DNA of 25,336 nt. Origin: a virus. Taxonomy: Duplodnaviria > Caudoviricetes. The position numbers and the translations under genes are program-made. Position 1 is the stretch's first letter. Each line of letters starts with the position of its first letter. The stretch covers positions 1-25,336 of the IMG/VR virus record IMGVR_UViG_3300035680_000084. One strand, given 5' to 3'. This document shows positions 15,791-23,523 of this stretch, piece after piece. Below the pieces are notes generated by a model. It did not search any database, was not told the origin of the DNA, and saw only the letters and a program-made list of their open reading frames with translations.

Positions 15791-17206
15791 TTGGCTACTT
15801 CGTTTCCTACTGGGCTTGATGCTTTAACTAATCCGACTTCGGGTAATACGCTTGCGTCGCCGGATCATGCTGGTCAGCATGCTGATGCTAATGATGCGAT
15901 TGAGGCGTTGGAGGCGAAGGTTGGTGTTAATGGTTCGGCGGTGACTTCATCGTTGGATTATAAGATTACTAACATTAATGCTTCTAATCTTACTAGTGGT
16001 ACTGTTCCTGCTGGTCGTATGAGTGGTTCATATGCTGGTATTACTAGTGTTGGTGCTTTGGGGTCATTGACTGTTACTGGTGATGTGACAGTTGATACTA
16101 ATACTCTAAAAGTTGATTCAACTAATAATCGTGTTGGTATTGCTAATGCTAGTCCCGCATATACTTTAGATGTTAACGGTACAGTTGAGGCTACACAGTT
16201 CCTTCAGGGTACGGATTACCATAGTCCATATCAGGGTTTCCGTAACAAAGTTATTAACGGCAATTTTGGTGTTTGGCAACGAGGCACATCAGTAGCGATT
16301 AGCACTCAGGGTTATACCGCTGACCTCTGGTATCACCAATCTTACAATGGTGCAACCATTAGTCGTCAGCCAACATCAGATACAAGTGTTTTACCTAATG
16401 TTCAATATTGTGCAAGAGTTCAACGCAATAGTGGTGCAACAGCAACAAACTTCATGTTTTTTACTCAACCAATGGAAACACAGGAGTCAATTAAAGTTTC
16501 AGGGAAAACTGCAACTCTTTCTTTCTATGCTCGTAAAGGCGCAAACTTTCCTTCAGGTGCGGGAGCGTTTCAAGCAACATTGTATTACGGTACAGGAACA
16601 GACCAAAATCTTTTTGTGTCAGGTTACACAGGTTCCGCTGTAGCGTTCTCAACTACTTTTACATTGACTTCATCGTGGGTAAGATATTCGATTACGGGCA
16701 CTATACCTACAACTTCAAAAGAATTAAGTCCGCTTTTTGGTTACACTCCTACTGGTACTGCTGGTGCTAACGAATATTTTGAGATTACTGGAGTCCAGTT
16801 GGAAGAAGGTAGTGTTGCTACACCATTAGAGCAGCGACCTATGCAAACTGAACTAGCGTTGTGTCAACGATACTACCAAAAAAGTTATGCCACTAATACT
16901 GCTCCTGCAACTGTAACTGACACAGGACATTATTCTTTCTATGGGACTAGCAATGTGTTTGCTATCATGCTTGGCACTATCCAATTACGAGTGCCGATGC
17001 GAGTTGCCCCAACAACAATTACTTACTACCGAAATAGTACTGGCGGGGTGGGATGGGATTATTTTAACACTAGCGGTGGTGGTAGCGGTACACCGACTAC
17101 TGCTTATGCTTCAGAAACAAGTTTTACACCCTATTTAAGCCTTGCTGGTGGCTCTTATGTAGGTGGCGGTATATATGGTCATTGGATAGCATCGGCGGAA
17201 CTATAA
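15791..17206 (+). CDS. Fibre / receptor-binding protein with carbohydrate-binding-like domain
   Basis: TTG start; N-terminal anchor HADANDAIEALEAKVG, shaft repeats (VDSTNNRVGI...PAYTLDVNG), RNKVINGNFGVWQRG, GVQLEEGSVATP...ELALCQRYY and a C-terminal AEL. Confidence 0.8.
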   Translation: MATSFPTGLDALTNPTSGNTLASPDHAGQHADANDAIEALEAKVGVNGSAVTSSLDYKITNINASNLTSGTVPAGRMSGSYAGITSVGALGSLTVTGDVTVDTNTLKVDSTNNRVGIANASPAYTLDVNGTVEATQFLQGTDYHSPYQGFRNKVINGNFGVWQRGTSVAISTQGYTADLWYHQSYNGATISRQPTSDTSVLPNVQYCARVQRNSGATATNFMFFTQPMETQESIKVSGKTATLSFYARKGANFPSGAGAFQATLYYGTGTDQNLFVSGYTGSAVAFSTTFTLTSSWVRYSITGTIPTTSKELSPLFGYTPTGTAGANEYFEITGVQLEEGSVATPLEQRPMQTELALCQRYYQKSYATNTAPATVTDTGHYSFYGTSNVFAIMLGTIQLRVPMRVAPTTITYYRNSTGGVGWDYFNTSGGGSGTPTTAYASETSFTPYLSLAGGSYVGGGIYGHWIASAEL

Positions 17207-17376
17207 TGAAATACTTTACTCAACAAACAATCGGTTTAGATGGTCAACCGTTTACAATCGTAATGCTTAAAGATGGCGCACAAATAACACAGTATGACGA
17301 GAACCTTGTTTGGCAAGAATATTTAGCATGGCTCGCTGAAGGTAACACCCCCGAAGAATGGTCACCGGAGAGCTAA
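17206..17376 (+). CDS. Small fibre-associated (assembly chaperone-like) protein, 56 aa
   Basis: ATG overlaps the fibre TAA. The WQEYLAWLAEGNTPE motif is typical of small genes that follow this fibre type. Confidence 0.75.
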   Translation: MKYFTQQTIGLDGQPFTIVMLKDGAQITQYDENLVWQEYLAWLAEGNTPEEWSPES

Positions 17377-18191
17377 TGGCTCGCCTATATAACGACCCAC
17401 TATTCCTCTACAACGCCAGCAACCTCACCTACAACGGTGTAGTCACATTCACCCAAACCGCCACAGGTTCAGGTACAGGCACAGAAACCGCTACATCGGC
17501 CAGCACACGAGCAAGAATCGCTACAGGTTCAGGTACGGGAACAGAAACTGCCGACTCGAACATCAACCCAGTCCGTACCGCTACAGGTTCAGGAACAGGC
17601 ACAGAGTCAGCCACTCGCATCCGTGTACCAGTACGTGCCGCTACAGGCTCAGGTGTAGGAGGATTCGACTCCACCGGACTACACATAGCACCACGAACTG
17701 CAACAGGGTCAGGTGTAGGCACATCGCTTAACAGTATCCTCCACAAGAATTTGCGTACCGCTTACGGTGCAGGAGGATCAACAACCAGCGACACCGCTGT
17801 CGGTTTACACATCGCACCTAGAAACGGAACAGGCTCAGGATTAGGAACAGAAACCGCATCCCGTATCCGTGTACCAGTCCGTACCGCCACAGGATCAGGG
17901 GCAGGAACACAAACCGCCACCTGGACTAAATCACTCATCTTCCGCACACCAGTCGAAGACAGATTCCCGTGGGACAACTACCGCAACTCCGAACCCGCAC
18001 ACCGACTATTCGCCAAAGCCAACCAGGGATATCGAGCAAGAAACATCTTCCGACTCAACACCGGTGCATACACCAACACCGATCCGTTAGACCCCACACT
18101 CGTAGACAAAGTGTATTACGGCGGTCACGACTACTATGTAGACCAAACCGAAAAAGATCAGCTAGTCGCAGCAGGGTATACTGTCACCTGA
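17376..18191 (+). CDS. Thr/Ser/Gly repeat virion protein with C-terminal YxGGH...AAGY domain
   Basis: SD GGAG and TAATG coupling give start 17376; eight repeats of about 20 aa. Confidence 0.8.
   Translation: MARLYNDPLFLYNASNLTYNGVVTFTQTATGSGTGTETATSASTRARIATGSGTGTETADSNINPVRTATGSGTGTESATRIRVPVRAATGSGVGGFDSTGLHIAPRTATGSGVGTSLNSILHKNLRTAYGAGGSTTSDTAVGLHIAPRNGTGSGLGTETASRIRVPVRTATGSGAGTQTATWTKSLIFRTPVEDRFPWDNYRNSEPAHRLFAKANQGYRARNIFRLNTGAYTNTDPLDPTLVDKVYYGGHDYYVDQTEKDQLVAAGYTVT
17449..17930 (+). repeat. Eight degenerate coding repeats of about 60 bp (RTATGSGxGTETA)
   Basis: Cores such as c(c/t)acaggttcagg recur at 17461, 17521, 17581, 17641 and 17701, with later degenerate copies. Confidence 0.85.
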
Positions 18192-18478
18192 TGCCTACGT
18201 TCACCCCGCCCACAGACGCATATCTGAACCTCACCGACTTTGATCTAGACACCCCACCGACAGAGAACATGCGGGTAGCGTTTCGACTGCTACGCCATTT
18301 TGCGTCGTTGCCTCGTGGCAGAAATGTCTATAAACTAGATGACAACTCATATACCGAAAACGATCCTGCTGACTTTGACACAATCCAAATCAGTTACCTC
18401 GGTGGACATGTCTACACAGTTTCAGATGCTGAAGCTGCCAGCCTGACCGCCGCAGGATACAGCGCATACATCACCTGA
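18191..18478 (+). CDS. 95-aa protein paralogous to the C-terminal domain of the preceding gene
   Basis: Start reassigned from 17969 to ATG 18191 (TGATG coupling). Shares RNxxxL, YTxxDP, YxGGHxYxV and LxAAGY with the upstream protein. Confidence 0.8.
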   Translation: MPTFTPPTDAYLNLTDFDLDTPPTENMRVAFRLLRHFASLPRGRNVYKLDDNSYTENDPADFDTIQISYLGGHVYTVSDAEAASLTAAGYSAYIT

Positions 18479-18479
18479 C

Positions 18480-18485
18480 TATAAT
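18480..18485 (+). promoter_or_regulatory. Putative -10 for a leaderless transcript
   Basis: TATAAT 6 nt before ATG 18492; no SD. Confidence 0.65.
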
Positions 18486-18491
18486 AAAACT

Positions 18492-18761
18492 ATGATTAAA
18501 CACCAAGAAACCCACCCCACTCTTGATGTCGAAGGCTGTTTCGCATGCCGTATCTCAACGGTATCAATGGACTCGTCATGCACCCCCAACCGTCGCAGTG
18601 ACGCAGCCCGCATCAACGCCACAGAATCCCGATGGGACAAAGACATGGCCGCCTACAAACGCCTACGGGCAGACGGGCTACAACCCAACAAAATTGATGG
18701 TGCAGCCAACGTAGAGAAAAAGGCTGAGACAGCGTTCCAAGTGGAATCAGGCCACGTGTGA
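18492..18761 (+). CDS. Hypothetical 89-aa protein with a His/CxxC cluster (possible Zn site)
   Basis: HQETHPTLDVEGCFAC; GTGA overlap with the glycosyltransferase. Confidence 0.8.
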   Translation: MIKHQETHPTLDVEGCFACRISTVSMDSSCTPNRRSDAARINATESRWDKDMAAYKRLRADGLQPNKIDGAANVEKKAETAFQVESGHV

Positions 18762-19876
18762 AACACCCTTACGACATCCAGGGTGTCAACATCCCTCATG
18801 TCGGCTACGGCAGGATGATGCAAGAAATACAGGATGTTGCTGTAGATCGCATTGACCAAACTGAAAACGCAGGAACAGTCGTATACGGTATGACTCCTGA
18901 CATGATTAAAGGATCGTGGGAAGGTCAGTCAACCGCAGTGTTAACTATGTGGGAGACAGATGTTTTGCCTCCCCGTTTCGCTCGCCTTCTCCCCGCATAT
19001 GATCGAGTCTTAGTCCCCTGCGACTGGAACAAAGAACTATTTGACGCTATCCACCCTGATGTCCATGTCGTACCGTTAGGTGTCAACCATGATGTGTGGA
19101 AACCCCAAGTAGTAGAAGATAACCCTAAGTTCAGGTTTATGACCGGTGGCTCAGGATGGTTACGCAAAGGTATCCCGCAGGTGGTACAGGCGTTCCATGA
19201 TGCTGCTTTGCCTGACAGCGAACTGATTGTCAAACTTCCCACCTATCTGTTTGATGACCCTAAAGAGTTCAACCTCGGCCCTAATGTGACCATTGTCAGG
19301 GATAACTTGTCGGTTGCTGAAGAACGAGACTTACACGCTTCTGCTGACTGTTTCGTGTCTGCTTCCAGGGGCGAAGGGTTCGGGTTGATACCGTTACAGC
19401 AGTTGGCGTTAGGTAACAGGGTGATCGCCCCTGCTACTACAGGACACCTCATGTTCTCCCACCTGTTCGACTATGCCCTGGATGCTTCCCCTGAGACAGC
19501 ACACATGCAGACGTACAAAGATATCGGCAACTGGCTTGTCCCTAACCACGACCAACTGGTTGACAGTATGCGAGATGCTTACGCTAAGGGTCGCCCTACT
19601 TTCATTCAACGGCAAGCTCGGCATAAACGGACTTTAGGGTTTTCGTGGGATAACACTGTGGACAAACTGTTGACAGCCCATCCCCCTACAGGCATGTTGA
19701 CTACAAAAAAGTGGAAACCTGCCGGCGAAAACCTGGTGTGTGTCAGGGCATTAAAAAAGGTTGAGGCTGACATAGGGGCACATAAGATCAGGATTCCGAA
19801 AGGGGAACTGAAATGGGTTCCGGTGTCTACTTTTGATGTTCTTGTGGAGTCGGGGAATGTTACCGAATTTGTGTGA
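18758..19876 (+). CDS. Glycosyltransferase, GT-B fold (GT4 / Glycos_transf_1-like)
   Basis: N-terminal GYGR loop, TMWET, VLVPCDWN, VVPLGV, RKGIPQVVQAF, ADCFVSASRGEGFGLIPLQ and FSWDNTV. Confidence 0.9.
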   Translation: MKHPYDIQGVNIPHVGYGRMMQEIQDVAVDRIDQTENAGTVVYGMTPDMIKGSWEGQSTAVLTMWETDVLPPRFARLLPAYDRVLVPCDWNKELFDAIHPDVHVVPLGVNHDVWKPQVVEDNPKFRFMTGGSGWLRKGIPQVVQAFHDAALPDSELIVKLPTYLFDDPKEFNLGPNVTIVRDNLSVAEERDLHASADCFVSASRGEGFGLIPLQQLALGNRVIAPATTGHLMFSHLFDYALDASPETAHMQTYKDIGNWLVPNHDQLVDSMRDAYAKGRPTFIQRQARHKRTLGFSWDNTVDKLLTAHPPTGMLTTKKWKPAGENLVCVRALKKVEADIGAHKIRIPKGELKWVPVSTFDVLVESGNVTEFV

Positions 19877-19886
19877 CAGAATAGGG

Positions 19887-19892
19887 TATACT
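19887..19892 (+). promoter_or_regulatory. Putative -10 for a leaderless transcript
   Basis: TATACT 7 nt before ATG 19900. Confidence 0.6.
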
Positions 19893-19899
19893 TGGGGCT

Positions 19900-20016
19900 A
19901 TGGCTGCCAAAAAGAAATCAACACCCTGTTGGGATAACTACATGATGGTTGGTATGAAAAAAGGCAAGTCAGGTAAACCTGTCCCTAATTGTGTTCCGAA
20001 GGCTAAAAAGAAGTGA
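19900..20016 (+). CDS. 38-aa basic peptide MAAKKKSTPCWDNYMMVGMKKGKSGKPVPNCVPKAKKK
   Basis: Below the ORF-track cutoff; translated by hand. Fills the intergenic gap and overlaps the next start (GTGA). Carries a CWxxY...VPNCVP motif. Confidence 0.75.
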   Translation: MAAKKKSTPCWDNYMMVGMKKGKSGKPVPNCVPKAKKK

Positions 20017-20894
20017 CTACAACAGGTACGATCCTTGATCGAGCCAACCAGCTTCTGCTGGCAGGTGTCGTAGAAGAACGCAACAAACTTGCGGTCTCTT
20101 GTGATGCCTCCACAACCACGCTCACGATGTCGTATGCGTTGGGTTCGCTTCGTGAAAACACTGTCTTTGAGATCGGTTCAGAGATGATGTTTGTTTGGGA
20201 AGCAAACAGTACTTCTAAAACTGTGACTGTTGAACGAGGTTACGGCGGGTCTGTTGCTGCTGCTCATACGGCAGGCGATATTGCTACGGTGAGTCCTCGG
20301 TTCCCTCGTGGACAAATGTTGACAGCATTGAACGCTGAACTGTCTGATCTATCGTCACCGCTAAACGGGTTGTTCCAAATCAAAACAGTAGACCTGTCGT
20401 ACAACGGATCGGATCGCATGGTGAACCTTACGGGTGTCACCAGCATGATTGACCTATACGATGTCCGATACCGCTACCTGAACGACGACTACCCTGTAGT
20501 GCGTAACGTTCGACTACTACGAGACATGCCAACCGCAGACTTCGCTTCAGGGTTTGTTCTCGCTTTTGACTCCTATGTGCGTTCCGGTACTGTCCGTGTG
20601 ATCTACAAAGCTCCTTACGGTACGCTCGCTACTGAAGCAACGGTACTTGACACAGCGGGTGTTGGCACAGAGTTAGAAGACCTACTCGTGTTGGGTGTCC
20701 AAATACGTATGGTTGCTGGTCGTGAAGTGAAACGTAACTTCACTGAATCTCAGGGTGACACTCGTCGTGCTGACGAAGTACCTGCTGGGTCTGTCACAAA
20801 TAGCATCAACAACTTGTTGCGTTTGCGTCGAGATCGTATTATTGCTGAAGCATCTCGTCTTACCCGCCAGTATCCTCTGCGTTTCAGGAAGTAG
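20013..20894 (+). CDS. Putative head-tail adaptor (tail tubular protein A-like) with inserted beta domain
   Basis: 293 aa; helical termini, internal TVERGYGGSVAAAHTAG motif; lies before the nozzle-like gene. Called from synteny. Confidence 0.55.
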   Translation: MTTTGTILDRANQLLLAGVVEERNKLAVSCDASTTTLTMSYALGSLRENTVFEIGSEMMFVWEANSTSKTVTVERGYGGSVAAAHTAGDIATVSPRFPRGQMLTALNAELSDLSSPLNGLFQIKTVDLSYNGSDRMVNLTGVTSMIDLYDVRYRYLNDDYPVVRNVRLLRDMPTADFASGFVLAFDSYVRSGTVRVIYKAPYGTLATEATVLDTAGVGTELEDLLVLGVQIRMVAGREVKRNFTESQGDTRRADEVPAGSVTNSINNLLRLRRDRIIAEASRLTRQYPLRFRK

Positions 20895-20897
20895 CCG

Positions 20898-22742
20898 ATG
20901 GCTACGCTAACTAGATTTACTACCCCATATGTGGGTGGGCCTGCGTTCTATACAGGTACAGGTATTTCAGGTTTAGTACCAGACATTTTCCCTGTCGCTA
21001 TCGCTGGTCGACCGTACATGTTGGATTTGAAATCTGGTCGTTTCGGTCGTGCATTTGAACAACGATTGCGTGACTCTGCTGACGATTCCAATATTCCTGG
21101 TGAGGGTGCAATTAACCCGCAAGGTTTGTGGCGGCGTGGACAAGTCTCGTGGCATAAGGGTTCTGCACAAAAGTACGGCGATACCGCTGAGGGTGTTGAC
21201 ACTAGGTTTTATTCGTCTAAGAATATTGATCCGTGGACTAAAGGCCAGTTGTCAATGTTAAAGACAACTTCAGAAATTTTAGATTCTGCAAACACTAATT
21301 TACCTATGGTTGTCGTCGGTAGTTATTTGTATGTCGGTGACGGTAACACATTAAAATATACGACCAACTTGTCTAGTTGGACTAGCGTCACTACTGGTGC
21401 GCCAACGGCAGCGATTGAAGCGTTAACAACTGACGGTACAAAAGTTTTTGTTTCGTACAACAACAACGCTATTTATTCTTCTACTGCGGGTGGGGCTTCT
21501 GTCGCCCAATATTATCCGACATCAGGTTCAACCGCATATACCTACAACTCGTTGAAGTATGCGAAAAGCCGAATCATAGCTTTGCATGACAATCACATCC
21601 ATTTACCTACCGGTTCGGGTGGATCACATACCCCGTTCTATGAGCATCCCAACACATCATTTGATTTTGTTGATTCTTGTGCTGGACAAAACGCTATCTA
21701 TGTAGGTGGTAATGCAGGTTTAACCGCAATTGTTTACAAGATAACTGTTAAAGCCGATGGCACACTAAACGTTCCTGTTGTTGCTGCTGAACTCCCGTTA
21801 GGTGAAACTCTTTCTTCGTTGACCGGATATTTAGGTAATGTTTGTATCGGAACAAATAAAGGTATCCGTTTGGCTACTGCTGACAGTGAGGCAGATTTGA
21901 TAGTCGGGCCTCTTTTGGAAACGACAAGCAGTGTCAAATGTGCGGTCGGTGACGGTCGTTTCGTATGGTACGGGTGGACAAACTTTGATGCGACATCTAC
22001 AGGTTTAGGGCGCATTGATTTATCGCAGTTCAATAGTGTTAACGAACCTGCTTATGCTTCTGATCTTATGGCTGATGTCCAAGGTGCAGTAAACGCAGTA
22101 GTTAACTGGGGTGAATACCGTGTGTTCTCTGTATCAGGGCAAGGGTTGTATCGTGAACATGCCACCAATCTTGCGTCAACAGGATATATAGAAACAGGTT
22201 CATGGCGTTGGGGAATCCCCGACCCCAAGTTCGCTACCTTCGTAGACTTCCGTACCCTACCGCTAACAGGGTCACTCACGTTCGCTTTGAACCTTGACAA
22301 CGGTGGCTACGAATCTTTAGCAACCTTTGATACTCCTGGTGTGACAGAGAAAACTCTTGACGGTTCAGACACATCATTCGGTGAAGCAGCTTTCAAAATT
22401 ACTTTTACTCGTAGTGCTACTGACTCAACTGTTGGGCCGACATTGACTCGTTGGCAAGTTCGTGCGTTCCCTGCACCTAAACGATCAGAACTGTTCTCTG
22501 TCCCCATTTTGTTACACCAAAAACTTAATCGTGCAAACAGAGAATATTATTACGATGTCAACAATGAGTTAGCGTTCTTACGCAATCTTATTGCCGATAC
22601 TCGTATTACTACATACCAGGAAGGCGAAGAAACATTCAAAGTTATTGTTGAAAACGTCGAATGGATACCAGTTGACTCTCATCTCAAAAACTGGATTTTT
22701 GATGGTACAGCAGTTATTACTTTACGTTCACTTACAGCATAA
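20898..22742 (+). CDS. Putative tail nozzle / stabilisation protein (beta-propeller-like)
   Basis: 614 aa with repeated short beta-strand patterns (YLYVGDG, KVFVSY, AIYVGG, FVWYGW), between adaptor and fibres. Confidence 0.6.
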   Translation: MATLTRFTTPYVGGPAFYTGTGISGLVPDIFPVAIAGRPYMLDLKSGRFGRAFEQRLRDSADDSNIPGEGAINPQGLWRRGQVSWHKGSAQKYGDTAEGVDTRFYSSKNIDPWTKGQLSMLKTTSEILDSANTNLPMVVVGSYLYVGDGNTLKYTTNLSSWTSVTTGAPTAAIEALTTDGTKVFVSYNNNAIYSSTAGGASVAQYYPTSGSTAYTYNSLKYAKSRIIALHDNHIHLPTGSGGSHTPFYEHPNTSFDFVDSCAGQNAIYVGGNAGLTAIVYKITVKADGTLNVPVVAAELPLGETLSSLTGYLGNVCIGTNKGIRLATADSEADLIVGPLLETTSSVKCAVGDGRFVWYGWTNFDATSTGLGRIDLSQFNSVNEPAYASDLMADVQGAVNAVVNWGEYRVFSVSGQGLYREHATNLASTGYIETGSWRWGIPDPKFATFVDFRTLPLTGSLTFALNLDNGGYESLATFDTPGVTEKTLDGSDTSFGEAAFKITFTRSATDSTVGPTLTRWQVRAFPAPKRSELFSVPILLHQKLNRANREYYYDVNNELAFLRNLIADTRITTYQEGEETFKVIVENVEWIPVDSHLKNWIFDGTAVITLRSLTA

Positions 22743-22750
22743 GGATTATC

Positions 22751-23521
22751 ATGGCAAAGACACGCAGATCATATAAGGGTGGTGCAGCAAGCACTACAAC
22801 AGGTACAAGTATCGCAGCATCGGGAGCGACAACGTTTACTATTGCTGCTTATACGGGTTGGCCTTACGGTACGCCACCGTTTTTTGTGGTGGTTGAGCCT
22901 GGTACTTCTAACGAAGAAAAGATTTTGGTTACTCGTGCTGGTGCTACTGATACGACGATCAATATTTATGCGACTCCTTCTGTTGCTGCTAATCGTGGCA
23001 TGGATGGTACGGCAGCGTTCTTGCATGCTTCCGGATCAACTGTTTATCCTGTGTTTACTGCTACTGATGCTGATGAGGCTAACGAACTTGCTTCGACGTT
23101 AACGACGCAGGGTGACATTCTTATTCATGGTGCTTCTACGTTCGCTCGTGTCGGTATTGGTACTGCGGCTCAGGTGTTGAAGGTGAATAGTGGTGCGACT
23201 GCTCCTGAGTGGGGTCAGGTCGCTACTGCTGGTATTGCTGATGATGCTATTACTGCTGCGAAGATTGCGGCTAATGCTGTTGGTTCTTCAGAGTTGGCCG
23301 ACAACGCTGTTGATACTGCTGCGATTGCTGACAGTTCTGTTACTTCAGCGAAGATCGCTGACGGGACTATCGTTGATGCAGACATTAACGCTTCGGCTGC
23401 TATCTCCCCATCTAAAGTTGCAGGCGTTTTCATCACTGGTGACAGTTCCAATAACACTATTACTATTTCGACTTCTGCTCCTACGGGTGGAAGTTCCGGA
23501 GATATTTGGCTGAAGTATTAA
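22751..23521 (+). CDS. Tail fibre protein, proximal part
   Basis: SD AAGGA; TTQGDILIHG and QVLKVNSGATAPEW shaft motifs; 10-aa repeats IADDAITAAK / IAANAVGSSE / LADNAVDTAA / IADSSVTSAK; C-terminal SAPTGGSSGDIW. Confidence 0.8.
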   Translation: MAKTRRSYKGGAASTTTGTSIAASGATTFTIAAYTGWPYGTPPFFVVVEPGTSNEEKILVTRAGATDTTINIYATPSVAANRGMDGTAAFLHASGSTVYPVFTATDADEANELASTLTTQGDILIHGASTFARVGIGTAAQVLKVNSGATAPEWGQVATAGIADDAITAAKIAANAVGSSELADNAVDTAAIADSSVTSAKIADGTIVDADINASAAISPSKVAGVFITGDSSNNTITISTSAPTGGSSGDIWLKY

Positions 23522-23523
23522 TT

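Noticed and set aside
16900-17206. Diversity-generating retroelement target at the fibre C-terminus
   Set aside because: No second near-identical template copy and no reverse transcriptase in the window; cannot be excluded elsewhere in the genome.
17449-17930. Ice-nucleation or antifreeze protein
   Set aside because: The period is about 20 aa with Arg and hydrophobic linkers, not the 16-aa AGYGSTxT repeat; the Thr/Gly richness is the only similarity.
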